From IMG/VR virus record IMGVR_UViG_3300042453_005404, positions 124,001 to 188,000 of that record: a DNA stretch of 64,000 nt; one strand, given 5' to 3'. Numbering within the stretch: the stretch's first letter is position 1; each line of letters begins with the position of its first letter. A program made the translations under genes and the position numbers. Shown in pieces: positions 1 through 8,234 of this stretch. The notes under the pieces are model-generated. The model saw only the letters and a program-made list of their open reading frames with translations. It was not told the DNA's origin and searched no databases.

Positions 1-188
1 TCTTGTAACGCTACCTACCGAAGCTGTTTATGGTTTTATCAAGGAGCTTCGTGGTAAGACTAAGATCAACTCTGATAGGGAGCGAGTGGCACGAAGTTTG
101 CTTGTAGCGATTGATACAGGCCCTTGGACAGAACAAGAGTTTCTTCATATCTGTGAAGCTTCTCCCGGCAGCTACTGAGGATAGAATC

Positions 189-389
189 ATGAAAACGTTT
201 ACGATTCGTTATGAGTTGAATGTAGATCTAACCGAGAATGAGCTTTATCCAGATGGAACGGATGGAGTTGGAGAGGTTACACCGAAAAAGGTAGCTGCTC
301 TTATTCAGAGTTCTGGAGGGATGAAGGAAGTTCTGAAAGAATGGGATCTATATCCTTATGGTGTTCTAACTGTTACAGAGAAGAAATGA
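189..389 (+). CDS. hypothetical early protein
   Basis: ORF; ATG at 189 preceded by GAGGA is more plausible than the TTG at 111. Confidence 0.6.
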   Translation: MKTFTIRYELNVDLTENELYPDGTDGVGEVTPKKVAALIQSSGGMKEVLKEWDLYPYGVLTVTEKK

Positions 390-393
390 TATC

Positions 394-648
394 ATGAAAA
401 AGATGGACATTTATCACTTCGTTGATGAAGTTTCTAGTCTCGCAAGAGACTTCGCTCATTATGAGCAAGACACATATCCAGCAGAAGATGTTCGTATGAC
501 CTTCGCTGAGTGGCTTCCATTGCTTTTGAAGTTTATGGATGAACAGGTTGAAGATGCTGGTGGACTAACCGCTACTTCTCCAGAGTTCAAGGAGTTTCTA
601 AAGACTGTGAAGCCTTGGAATGGACGTATGCCGGGAGGGTGGCGATGA
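394..648 (+). CDS. hypothetical early protein
   Basis: ORF tightly packed between neighbours. Confidence 0.6.
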   Translation: MKKMDIYHFVDEVSSLARDFAHYEQDTYPAEDVRMTFAEWLPLLLKFMDEQVEDAGGLTATSPEFKEFLKTVKPWNGRMPGGWR

Positions 649-890
649 AGCGTTATTTATTGATTGCTGGATATTATTATTATCCTAAAGGTGGAACAGC
701 CGATTGGGTTGGTTGTTTTGAAACCTGTGAAGAGGCAGAAGCAAAAGTTGTAAGAACTCAAGAACATGAGTTATTTAGCCGTGGGCCTCGTAAGGGACAG
801 ATTAAATCAACCAGCGAATATTATTCTGTTGACGGTAGTAAGCGTGATTGGTATGAAGTGATTGATCTGATGGAATGGATGGAACGGTAG
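645..890 (+). CDS. hypothetical phage protein (KRYLLxAGxxYYPxGG motif)
   Basis: ATGA overlap with the upstream gene, GGAGG RBS; small motif I recall as common in phages. Confidence 0.65.
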   Translation: MKRYLLIAGYYYYPKGGTADWVGCFETCEEAEAKVVRTQEHELFSRGPRKGQIKSTSEYYSVDGSKRDWYEVIDLMEWMER

Positions 891-984
891 TCTAATGTTC
901 AACACATCAAAAGACGAGTTTTACACTCTTATTATCAACGAAGAAGACTTCAAAAACCCCTAAATATCCAGCAAAAAGAATATC

Positions 985-1019
985 TTTACTTCTCTGGGGC
1001 AGGGTGATATACTGTTTCC
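985..1019 (+). promoter_or_regulatory. sigma70-type early promoter, leaderless
   Basis: TTTACT-17nt-TATACT-6nt-ATG(1020). Confidence 0.8.
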
Positions 1020-1199
1020 ATGAAGAACGAAGAAGTGGATCTTCTGTTGGAGTCCATTCGTAAGAATCTGGAAGAGATTGCTATGGTTGAGCCTGACCTG
1101 CGTTCTTATCGGGATTGGAAGACTCGTTTGGAGTGTCTTGCTGAGTCCTTGGATAGGGATCTGCGGCAAGCAAAGCGTTGGGCGTCTTTCAAGGAATAA
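1020..1199 (+). CDS. hypothetical 59-aa protein (missed by ORF track)
   Basis: MKNEEVDLLLESIRKN...WASFKE*; starts exactly 6 nt after the -10 box. Confidence 0.75.
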   Translation: MKNEEVDLLLESIRKNLEEIAMVEPDLRSYRDWKTRLECLAESLDRDLRQAKRWASFKE

Positions 1200-1203
1200 T
1201 CCC

Positions 1204-1238
1204 TTTACTTCTCTTCTCCAGTAAGATAGAGTAGAAAC
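1204..1238 (+). promoter_or_regulatory. sigma70-type early promoter, leaderless
   Basis: TTTACT-17-TAGAGT-6-ATG(1239). Confidence 0.8.
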
Positions 1239-1733
1239 ATGACTAACATTGACACTCTGTTCTCGTTTGCCTTGAACAAGCTTACGGCAGACCGTGAGCG
1301 GCTCAATAGCCTTCTTGAAAAGCAGAAGGGGACCGATATCGGTCGTTTCATGGAGAGGGCTCTGGAATGGCGTACAGAGGCTTCCAAGATGCAACTTCTG
1401 TGGGAGCTCTTTCATGAAGTGATTGATATGTCTGATCTTGGGTTTATTGGGAGTTTTGTGAAGTTTGTAGTAAACGACCTTCTCGACGACGGTGCCTTTA
1501 GGGTTGAGTGGCGCAAGGCTTTTCTTGACGAAAACAAGCGTCTTGTTTGGCTTGGTGGGGATTTCAAGACTGTTTTGACGGACAAGGATGATCCCAAGGC
1601 TGAACCTGTTGTTGTTTACGATGTTGACGAGGGAACGCAGGATGTTGCTTTGTTGATGGAGGCTATGGATCACAAGGAGTGGGAAGTTTTGCAGCGGCAA
1701 GAACTTGAAGCTTCTTGCCAAGATGCGGAATAA
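1239..1733 (+). CDS. hypothetical early protein
   Basis: 164-aa ORF with dedicated promoter. Confidence 0.75.
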   Translation: MTNIDTLFSFALNKLTADRERLNSLLEKQKGTDIGRFMERALEWRTEASKMQLLWELFHEVIDMSDLGFIGSFVKFVVNDLLDDGAFRVEWRKAFLDENKRLVWLGGDFKTVLTDKDDPKAEPVVVYDVDEGTQDVALLMEAMDHKEWEVLQRQELEASCQDAE

Positions 1734-1737
1734 TCTT

Positions 1738-1772
1738 TTTACTTCCAAGTGATGTTGTGGTAGAGTAAAACC
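1738..1772 (+). promoter_or_regulatory. sigma70-type early promoter, leaderless
   Basis: TTTACT-17-TAGAGT-6-ATG(1773). Confidence 0.8.
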
Positions 1773-1973
1773 ATGAACCACAACGAGATGCAGAACTTCG
1801 CAACGAACAACGGTCTTGGTACGATCCATTTTGAGACTCGTATTGCTCTCAACACGGGTCGTCCCATCGAGGTTGGATATGTCTGGGTGAACGGGCATCG
1901 TGAGCTCTTTTGCAAGCGTAGCCAGAACACCGAGTTTCACCTCTGCAACGACTACAGGAAACTCGCAGAATAA
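1773..1973 (+). CDS. hypothetical early protein
   Basis: 66-aa ORF with dedicated promoter. Confidence 0.7.
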   Translation: MNHNEMQNFATNNGLGTIHFETRIALNTGRPIEVGYVWVNGHRELFCKRSQNTEFHLCNDYRKLAE

Positions 1974-1976
1974 TCC

Positions 1977-2011
1977 TTTACTCTTCCAGAACGCTCTGAT
2001 AGGATTGAACC
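1977..2011 (+). promoter_or_regulatory. sigma70-type early promoter, leaderless
   Basis: TTTACT-17-TAGGAT-6-ATG(2012). Confidence 0.8.
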
Positions 2012-2227
2012 ATGAACATCACGATCAAGTTTGAGAATGAAAAAGCTGCTCTCCACTTTGCTCATTGGCTTTGTGGCCAAGGTGAACAAGATTATAGGAT
2101 TTGGATGGAATGCCGAGAACAAGAGGAAGCTGGCAGCATTTCAGCTACGGAGTTTGTGTATCACAAGAATAACGAGTTTGTTCCCGATGGAGAGATCAAG
2201 GTGGTTCTTGGTAGGTTCTCAGAATAA
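2012..2227 (+). CDS. hypothetical phage protein (FxxWLCGQGEQDY motif)
   Basis: 71-aa ORF with dedicated promoter. Confidence 0.7.
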   Translation: MNITIKFENEKAALHFAHWLCGQGEQDYRIWMECREQEEAGSISATEFVYHKNNEFVPDGEIKVVLGRFSE

Positions 2228-2231
2228 TCCC

Positions 2232-2266
2232 TTGACTTTTCCAGAACGATCTGGTATACTGTTTCC
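2232..2266 (+). promoter_or_regulatory. sigma70-type early promoter, leaderless
   Basis: TTGACT-17-TATACT-6-ATG(2267). Confidence 0.85.
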
Positions 2267-2629
2267 ATGAAGACGGTAGAGAACAACATGATGACGTTCA
2301 ACCAAAACTACATTCTGTTCCTTGACGACGAGCGCACGATTGAAATGGTTGACAGAAGTGCATGGCCCGATGGGATGCATATTCTGATCGCACGCTCGTC
2401 TGATGATGCCAAGAACATTGTCTATCGTTGCGGTGACCCTGCGTTTTGTTCGTTTGATCACGACCTTGGGGGCACCGACACTGCGATGGTTTTTCTCAAG
2501 TGGTATGCCAACGTGCATAGCGACGAGAACACCGTGATTCCTTCTTTCGTTGTTCATAGTGCCAATCCTGTTGGTGCGAAGAACATCATTGCCTTTATGG
2601 ATTCTTGGAAGCGGTCGCAAACTCTCTGA
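2267..2629 (+). CDS. cyclic-phosphate processing receiver (cREC-like) domain protein
   Basis: LFLDDER, SFDHDLG and VHSANPVG motifs. Confidence 0.8.
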   Translation: MKTVENNMMTFNQNYILFLDDERTIEMVDRSAWPDGMHILIARSSDDAKNIVYRCGDPAFCSFDHDLGGTDTAMVFLKWYANVHSDENTVIPSFVVHSANPVGAKNIIAFMDSWKRSQTL

Positions 2630-2642
2630 TAGGATTAGTAGT

Positions 2643-2972
2643 ATGGAACACGTTTTGAGCACAAAAAGCGTAAGTCACCAACTCAAGATTGGTGGGTTGC
2701 ACCAAGTCAATAGAAATATCTGGGTTATGTATGCTTCATATTCTGAAGCAGAGAATGCTTCAATCGCAACGATTGACCCAAAAGCTTTTGCTGCTTTCTC
2801 TTCTATTCTTAAAGGAAACATTCGCTATCTTAAGCCAAACGAAAGATTTGTTGCGTTGGAAGATACAAACCATATTGTAAAGCTTCTTTCAGAAGATGGT
2901 GAAGTAAGATATATTTCCGTGGCCAGCGAACGATATCTCAATAACTCGATTTCCTTTGTAAAGGTTCGATAA
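2643..2972 (+). CDS. small beta-barrel (SH3-like) paralog family member
   Basis: LKIGGL...FVALE...KLLSEDGEV pattern shared with downstream paralogs; ATG at 2643. Confidence 0.6.
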   Translation: MEHVLSTKSVSHQLKIGGLHQVNRNIWVMYASYSEAENASIATIDPKAFAAFSSILKGNIRYLKPNERFVALEDTNHIVKLLSEDGEVRYISVASERYLNNSISFVKVR

Positions 2973-2975
2973 GCC

Positions 2976-3620
2976 ATGCGTGTTGCTCATGCCTCCGATC
3001 TTCACAGCAACGTTCTTGTGTTGAAAAATATCGACACAACGAAGATTGATGCTTTTATTCTCACTGGTGACTTCTTTCCCAACACTACCCGTGGAAATGT
3101 TGAAAAAGAAATCAACTTCCAAACCGATTGGTTCAAGAGGAAGCGAGAACCAATCTTTCGTGCTCTTGGAGATAAACCCGTGATCACTGTTGATGGCAAC
3201 CATGACTTTATCTCTCTGGGAGATATGCTCAAGCATTACGCTTATGCTGGAGAGGTTCACCAAATCAGTGAGCATGAGATTGTGGAGTTTGGTGGATTAA
3301 AGTTCGCTGGTCACGGTTATATTCCTTGGATTGAAGGAGAATGGCGTGGAGAGCTCAGAACACCAGAAATGATGCAGGTTGTTGACAGGGTGTGGGATCA
3401 CGGGAACGCAGATATTCTTGTTACCCATGCTGCTCCTGCTGGTATTCTTGCTGGCCAATGGGGATGTAATGTGTTGTCAAACCGTTTGATGTATGGAGAT
3501 CATACATTTACGCATCACTTCTTTGGACACGTTCACGTTCATATTCCGCAAGAGGAAACGGTAAACGGAACCAAGTTTTACAACTCAGCAACGTGCTGTC
3601 AGATCGTGGAGATTTTCTAG
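2976..3620 (+). CDS. calcineurin-like metallophosphoesterase
   Basis: SDLH, LTGD, GNHD, THxAP and FGHVH motifs. Confidence 0.9.
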   Translation: MRVAHASDLHSNVLVLKNIDTTKIDAFILTGDFFPNTTRGNVEKEINFQTDWFKRKREPIFRALGDKPVITVDGNHDFISLGDMLKHYAYAGEVHQISEHEIVEFGGLKFAGHGYIPWIEGEWRGELRTPEMMQVVDRVWDHGNADILVTHAAPAGILAGQWGCNVLSNRLMYGDHTFTHHFFGHVHVHIPQEETVNGTKFYNSATCCQIVEIF

Positions 3621-3621
3621 T

Positions 3622-3879
3622 ATGAAACACAACCACTGGGATATTGTTGAATGTTCTTATTGCAGAGAACAAGAAGCGCCAACCGACGAAGGCTTACACT
3701 CTGAATATGTGCAGCTACAAGGTGCCGTAGAAGAGCTATTAGCCTCATTAGAGGCACGCAAACAGTTGGATGAAGGATTCCGTGGTATGGGACACAACAT
3801 CCTTGTAGAGCGTGCTAGTGGTTTTAATGGCCATATTAGAACGTTAAAAAGACTTGTGAGTTGGAAAGAAAGTAAATAA
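3622..3879 (+). CDS. hypothetical protein
   Basis: ORF in operon, CxxC near the N-terminus. Confidence 0.55.
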   Translation: MKHNHWDIVECSYCREQEAPTDEGLHSEYVQLQGAVEELLASLEARKQLDEGFRGMGHNILVERASGFNGHIRTLKRLVSWKESK

Positions 3880-4109
3880 TGGTTGGTGCTTTAGCTTTTT
3901 GCAGATCGGTTATCGATTTGTTGAGTATGTTTCAATGGTACAGAAAGCTTCGTGGTGGACATTGGGAGCTTTGGTGGATTGATGCACCCGTATCTTCCCA
4001 TGTGTGGCTACAGAAAGATCATTATGACAAACGTCCCGGTTTGGGTATATCCTGCGACAACTGTGAAGATTACTCTTCAAGATATTCCAGCAAAAATCCT
4101 TACAGATAA
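3879..4109 (+). CDS. hypothetical protein (WYRKLRGGHW motif)
   Basis: TAATG overlap with the upstream gene. Confidence 0.55.
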   Translation: MVGALAFCRSVIDLLSMFQWYRKLRGGHWELWWIDAPVSSHVWLQKDHYDKRPGLGISCDNCEDYSSRYSSKNPYR

Positions 4110-4113
4110 TACC

Positions 4114-4148
4114 TTTATACAAACATTTTGGTGTGATATTCTATTGAT
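4114..4148 (+). promoter_or_regulatory. sigma70-type early promoter, leaderless
   Basis: TTTATA-17-TATTCT-6-ATG(4149). Confidence 0.7.
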
Positions 4149-4430
4149 ATGAAATATTTTAAAATCGGTAAGCTTTATACTTTAAATCTTCCGGGTACTC
4201 GACATTTGGGAGCTGCTCTATTTGCATTTCGTGATCCGCAAAAAGATCATATGGGAAATCTGACCGGCGAAGATATTGCGAAAAATGATGTTTTCGTTTT
4301 GTTGGAGTATTGCAACTTTCCTTACTCGGTTCAACAACACAGACTTCATGTCCTCACCAAAAACGGAACAACAGGTTGGTTAACACTATCAAACGTTTTG
4401 ACTGATTATATGGTTCCAGCTAGTATGTAA
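4149..4430 (+). CDS. SH3-like paralog family member
   Basis: KIGKLY...FVLLE...VLTKNGTTGW. Confidence 0.7.
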   Translation: MKYFKIGKLYTLNLPGTRHLGAALFAFRDPQKDHMGNLTGEDIAKNDVFVLLEYCNFPYSVQQHRLHVLTKNGTTGWLTLSNVLTDYMVPASM

Positions 4431-4432
4431 TC

Positions 4433-4717
4433 ATGAAAATCACCGAGCTAAAGATTGGTAAAATCTACACGTACAGAGGAGATCCTAACCTTGCTGTGTA
4501 TGCAACACCAGAATTGTTCAACACCAAAAAAGTTGGTAGAATATATCCAATGGATAACATTGTGGTGCTAGCAACAATAAAGGAGTTTGCGTATTGTTGG
4601 ATTCAAGTGCTTTCCGCAAACGGGATTGTTGGTTGGTTTGTCTGGAACATAGACGGACGAGCACCACAAGATGTTGATCGTTACTTTATTGAGGAGATAA
4701 CATCACAGTATGCATGA
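4433..4717 (+). CDS. SH3-like paralog family member
   Basis: KIGKIY...VVL...VLSANGIVGW. Confidence 0.7.
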   Translation: MKITELKIGKIYTYRGDPNLAVYATPELFNTKKVGRIYPMDNIVVLATIKEFAYCWIQVLSANGIVGWFVWNIDGRAPQDVDRYFIEEITSQYA

Positions 4718-4958
4718 AACAATCTATTCAATCGATATCGGTAAGCTGTACAGAACCCCACTTTACAACAAAGTGGCACTCACAATCTCTAGCGAAGAAG
4801 ACTCCGCAGAATGCGGCTTCTTGCATCCAGATGAATGGTTTGTGCTGCTCGATAAAAACGTTTCAAGGCATTCAGCAAAAATCCTAACACCTAACGGCGA
4901 GGTGGGCTGGGTACAATGGTACAGTGGCACACGGTTCGAACAACCAGATGAAGAATAA
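4710..4958 (+). CDS. SH3-like paralog family member
   Basis: DIGKLY...FVLLD...KILTPNGEVGW. Confidence 0.7.
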   Translation: MHETIYSIDIGKLYRTPLYNKVALTISSEEDSAECGFLHPDEWFVLLDKNVSRHSAKILTPNGEVGWVQWYSGTRFEQPDEE

Positions 4959-4962
4959 TCTC

Positions 4963-5223
4963 ATGACAAACCTAAACAAATATATTGGCAAAATCTGCGA
5001 ATGCAATGTGCGGCTTCCGTATGTATGGGACATGATAGCTGACAGCAATATGGAAATCTTGCCAAGCAACACATGGTTTGTTATAATCAAGGTAGAAGAA
5101 CTAGTTGGCGTCGAAGAAGGGTATTATGACGTTTACCTTTTAACCAAAGAAGGTGAACTACGCCTGACAACCGTTCATCGTGAGGAACTAGACAACATTC
5201 GAATGGTGACACATGAACCATAA
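4963..5223 (+). CDS. SH3-like paralog family member (divergent)
   Basis: YIGKI...FVII...LLTKEGE. Confidence 0.6.
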   Translation: MTNLNKYIGKICECNVRLPYVWDMIADSNMEILPSNTWFVIIKVEELVGVEEGYYDVYLLTKEGELRLTTVHREELDNIRMVTHEP

Positions 5224-5437
5224 ACAACTCTATGTCCTCCTAGACTCAGATCACGATATCGTTGAAACATTCCCAGAAAACTCAAGCTTCGATTATATGT
5301 TCCAACGTAAACAAGCTGTCTGCCCATATGGAACTCTACATATAGCAACTCTTGTTCTCGGTCCAGAACAACATGAACGTATCCAAACAAACAGTGAACC
5401 AACAAGAGCAGCTAAATCAGTAAAGGTATCACCATGA
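5213..5437 (+). CDS. hypothetical protein
   Basis: ORF overlapping the upstream gene end. Confidence 0.5.
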   Translation: MNHKQLYVLLDSDHDIVETFPENSSFDYMFQRKQAVCPYGTLHIATLVLGPEQHERIQTNSEPTRAAKSVKVSP

Positions 5438-5540
5438 CTTTACTCTCTCACTCCATAGCCTTCATCTACGGTTTCCTGTCATTCCCAATCGTGCTATACA
5501 TCGCCGCAAATATCAAAAAACACCTTGATTTCAAGCATAA

Positions 5541-5594
5541 ATAAAAAAAGAAATATTCCTTTAGATATTCACGTTCTTTTGCTATTCTAATATC
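5541..5594 (+). promoter_or_regulatory. early promoter with A-tract UP element, leaderless
   Basis: AAAAAAAGAAA...TTTAGA(5560)-17-TATTCT-6-ATG(5595). Confidence 0.8.
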
Positions 5595-5966
5595 ATGAAG
5601 AACGAAGCAAACAGCTCCTCTCGCTACTGGAACCACAATCATCCCCGTGCCTTTGAAGGCATGAAGATGCGTGCTCCAGAGCGCAATCTCACTCTCCCGT
5701 GTCCCATCTGCAAAGGTCACGGTGCCTTCCATCTCTCGCATAACGACACTAACAACGGGTGTTATCCCTACTTCGATGCCTCTTGTGGACAGTGCAACGG
5801 TTGGGGTTACGTCAATCCCAACTCCATCGATGCTACCTGCATCCATGAATGGAAGGGGCTTACCTACGAGGAATCAAAGGCTCGTAACCTGTACACCGCT
5901 CGCAGCTTCTCTAACTGCGTCTGCATCCACTGCAACACCGTGATGGGTGTGGACTCCAGCGATTGA
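5595..5966 (+). CDS. DnaJ-type CxxCxGxG zinc-finger protein
   Basis: CPICKGHG, CGQCNGWG, plus CxHxW...CxHC. Confidence 0.7.
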   Translation: MKNEANSSSRYWNHNHPRAFEGMKMRAPERNLTLPCPICKGHGAFHLSHNDTNNGCYPYFDASCGQCNGWGYVNPNSIDATCIHEWKGLTYEESKARNLYTARSFSNCVCIHCNTVMGVDSSD

Positions 5967-5986
5967 TTTCAGAAAGAGAGAAAGAG

Positions 5987-6205
5987 ATGCACCACATCAT
6001 GCACCACAACGACTTCTTTCGGATCTATGATGGAAACATCATCGATGCGGAAAGCTTCTATACGAGCATGGCTTGTGACCATGCCGATAGGATCGCCGCT
6101 CACAACGGCGAGCCTCGCATCGTTCTTGTCACCGAAAACGGCGAGGTTGAAACCTCGCTCCCTATCAATGGCAAGAACCATACATGCAACCGGTCTTGCC
6201 GATAA
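5987..6205 (+). CDS. hypothetical protein
   Basis: ATG at 5987 after the purine-rich leader TTCAGAAAGAGAGA (same leader at 8211). Confidence 0.55.
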   Translation: MHHIMHHNDFFRIYDGNIIDAESFYTSMACDHADRIAAHNGEPRIVLVTENGEVETSLPINGKNHTCNRSCR

Positions 6206-6206
6206 T

Positions 6207-6524
6207 ATGAACAATCTTCAAATCGGTAAGATGTACTTGGTTAAAGAGTGGTTTTGGCTTCTGTTTCCAACGAAAAAAGTGGCGGGGGAGGCCGTGGACC
6301 CGGAGGCGGACGAAGCTGCCGACAACAGTTTGGTGGAAGCGAGGCGTGATGCAAAATGGATAAGCAAAGATTATAACTGCAACGTTGTTGTTGTTGAAGA
6401 AAACACTTGCTTTGTCTTGCTTGAACAAGATGAAGTATATTTCAAGGTTCTTGACTCAAACGGTAACATTGGTTGGATTTATTGCTCTGATTTCTCTTGC
6501 TATTTCAAGATTGTGAAGGAATAA
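6207..6524 (+). CDS. SH3-like paralog with GC-rich variable insert (copy 1)
   Basis: MNNLQIGKMY...LFPTK-[variable]-YNCNV...LDSNGNIGWI. Confidence 0.8.
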   Translation: MNNLQIGKMYLVKEWFWLLFPTKKVAGEAVDPEADEAADNSLVEARRDAKWISKDYNCNVVVVEENTCFVLLEQDEVYFKVLDSNGNIGWIYCSDFSCYFKIVKE

Positions 6525-6530
6525 AGAACA

Positions 6531-6866
6531 ATGAACAATCTTCAACTCGGTAAGATGTACTGCATGAAACAGTATTTCCGGCTTCTGTTTCCAACGAAAG
6601 AACTGCTGGTGGCCTACGACGTGCTCAACGACGTGCTGGTTCGTCGGGCCGGGCGGGAAGGCGCTGGGGCGGCTCATGCATTGGCAACACGGTTAAGCGA
6701 ACATTACAACTGCAACGTTTCTTTTGTTGAACCAAACACTTGCGTTGTTTTGCTTGAAGTAGATGAAGATGAACGTTGCTATAAACTGCTTGACTCAAAC
6801 GGTAACATTGGTTGGATTTATTGTTGTGATGATTTCTCCAACTATTTCGAACTTGTAAAGGGATAA
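6531..6866 (+). CDS. SH3-like paralog with GC-rich variable insert (copy 2)
   Basis: flanks near-identical to copy 1. Confidence 0.8.
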   Translation: MNNLQLGKMYCMKQYFRLLFPTKELLVAYDVLNDVLVRRAGREGAGAAHALATRLSEHYNCNVSFVEPNTCVVLLEVDEDERCYKLLDSNGNIGWIYCCDDFSNYFELVKG

Positions 6867-6872
6867 AAAGCA

Positions 6873-7202
6873 ATGCAACTCGGCAAAATGTATTTGGTTA
6901 AAGAGTGGTTTTGGTTTCTTTATCCAACAAAAGAAATGGTGGCCGAGGCGTACACCTGCGCCGTGATCAACGTGCCCAACAGCACCCACATTTCCGTTTA
7001 CGCCCATGGAAAAGCAAAAACAATCGGTACAACCAAAAGTTGCAACGTTTATGTCGCTGAACCAAAAACTTGCGTTGTTCTTCTCGATCAACAAAAAACA
7101 GAACTAGGAAAGGTTTACCAAATCCTTAACTCAAACGGTAACATCGGTTGGATTCGTTGCCACGGCGCTTTCACAGACTATTTCGAAATAATCAACCAAT
7201 AA
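6873..7202 (+). CDS. SH3-like paralog with GC-rich variable insert (copy 3)
   Basis: flanks near-identical to copies 1 and 2. Confidence 0.8.
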   Translation: MQLGKMYLVKEWFWFLYPTKEMVAEAYTCAVINVPNSTHISVYAHGKAKTIGTTKSCNVYVAEPKTCVVLLDQQKTELGKVYQILNSNGNIGWIRCHGAFTDYFEIINQ

Positions 7203-7214
7203 ACTCAAAAACAT

Positions 7215-7490
7215 ATGCTAACAATCGCAATCAACGAAATCTCGTTCAATATCCCAGATAACTACGTCGAGTGGAATATCAGTTATAACATCCCAAACGC
7301 AGATAAACTTGCTACAAATCTAACACTTGCCCTAATCAATGCCATCGCCGCCCCCAACAATAACCAAGCATCCTATATCATGAACAAAGCCTTGAACAAT
7401 ACCAACGCCTCAAAACAAACTTGCGATACCGCTAAACATTACCTCAATATCGCTCGTAACCATAACTTTAACTTCAATATCAATATATAA
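7215..7490 (+). CDS. hypothetical Asn-rich protein
   Basis: 91-aa ORF with extreme A/C-rich, G-poor composition. Confidence 0.45.
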   Translation: MLTIAINEISFNIPDNYVEWNISYNIPNADKLATNLTLALINAIAAPNNNQASYIMNKALNNTNASKQTCDTAKHYLNIARNHNFNFNINI

Positions 7491-7715
7491 TCACCAAAAT
7501 TGCCCCTCAGAATATCGCTATTCACATGGCTGATGCAAACTGCCTCTGCCAGCTTGTGTGCGCCAGTTTTCCGAAAACCCTTATTTACATAGGTAAATCA
7601 ATAGTTTTCTACAACAACCAACACCAACAAATAGGTAAATATTCACAACCAAAATCTTCTACCAAAATAAAATCAAAAAAAACATAGTGTCATACCATAT
7701 ATCGTCAATCATTGC

Positions 7716-7785
7716 TAACCATGAGAAACCATAGGAAACCATAGGATATTATAAGAAACCATGGGAAACCATAGCAAACCATATG
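7716..7785 (+). repeat. tandem decamer array (about 7 units, consensus AAACCATAGG)
   Basis: TAACCATGAG AAACCATAGG AAACCATAGG ATATTATAAG AAACCATGGG AAACCATAGC AAACCATATG. Confidence 0.9.
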
Positions 7786-7924
7786 GGGGATTAAGCCCCT
7801 GTTCTATAACCCATTGATTCGTTCTACGGTTCGCAACGCTTTGCGTGACTTTCTGGCGGGCGATGGGGGAGCCGTGTTCGCTATGAGCAACATGGGCAAT
7901 CCTTGGCATTAAAGTTGATTGTCT

Positions 7925-8012
7925 CAAAACCCCTTTAAATCCAGCGTTTTAAGAAAAAAGAAAATAATCTTTAGAAAATCAGCAACAGGTGATATTCTAA
8001 GAGCATGAAGAA
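7925..8012 (+). promoter_or_regulatory. early promoter, direct-repeat copy 1
   Basis: TTTTAAGAAAAAAGAAAATAATC-TTTAGA(7970)-17-TATTCT-AAGAGC-ATGAAGAA. Confidence 0.85.
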
Positions 8013-8169
8013 CGACGAGATTCAAATGGTGATGGTTCTCATTGTGGCTACGATTGCGGTTGCTATGATCGTGGTCGTGGCGACCGGACTCAACGAGTGC
8101 GGTGCAGGTCAGAGGGCTGTGACGGGGGTAATGAACGGTCACTACGTTTCTCTTTGCATCGACAAGTAA
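8005..8169 (+). CDS. 54-aa single-TM membrane protein (missed by ORF track)
   Basis: MKNDEIQMVMVLIVATIAVAMIVVVATGLNEC...CIDK*; leaderless start. Confidence 0.7.
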   Translation: MKNDEIQMVMVLIVATIAVAMIVVVATGLNECGAGQRAVTGVMNGHYVSLCIDK

Positions 8170-8177
8170 AAAAGTGT

Positions 8178-8206
8178 TTTACTTTTCGATCTCGACCTGA
8201 TAGAGT
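8178..8206 (+). promoter_or_regulatory. sigma70-type early promoter (leadered)
   Basis: TTTACT-17-TAGAGT, then an AGAGAGG leader. Confidence 0.75.
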
Positions 8207-8234
8207 AGTCTTCAGAAAGAGAGAGAGGCAAACG

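Noticed and set aside
960-1940. 326-aa minus-strand ORF
   Set aside because: Antisense shadow of three plus-strand genes that each have clear promoters; no motifs.
985-2266. Integron attC cassettes or CRISPR-like repeats between small genes
   Set aside because: The repeats are promoter boxes without attC palindromes or GTTRRRY cores; no integrase is present.
6207-7202. Complete diversity-generating retroelement
   Set aside because: No reverse transcriptase or adenine-specific template/variable repeat pair found in the window; kept only as a hypothesis.
7716-7785. CRISPR array
   Set aside because: 10-bp contiguous units with no spacers; no cas genes in the window.
7530-7920. sigma54-like TGGCA...TTG sites
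   Set aside because: The -12 GC is mismatched or the spacing is off by 2 nt.
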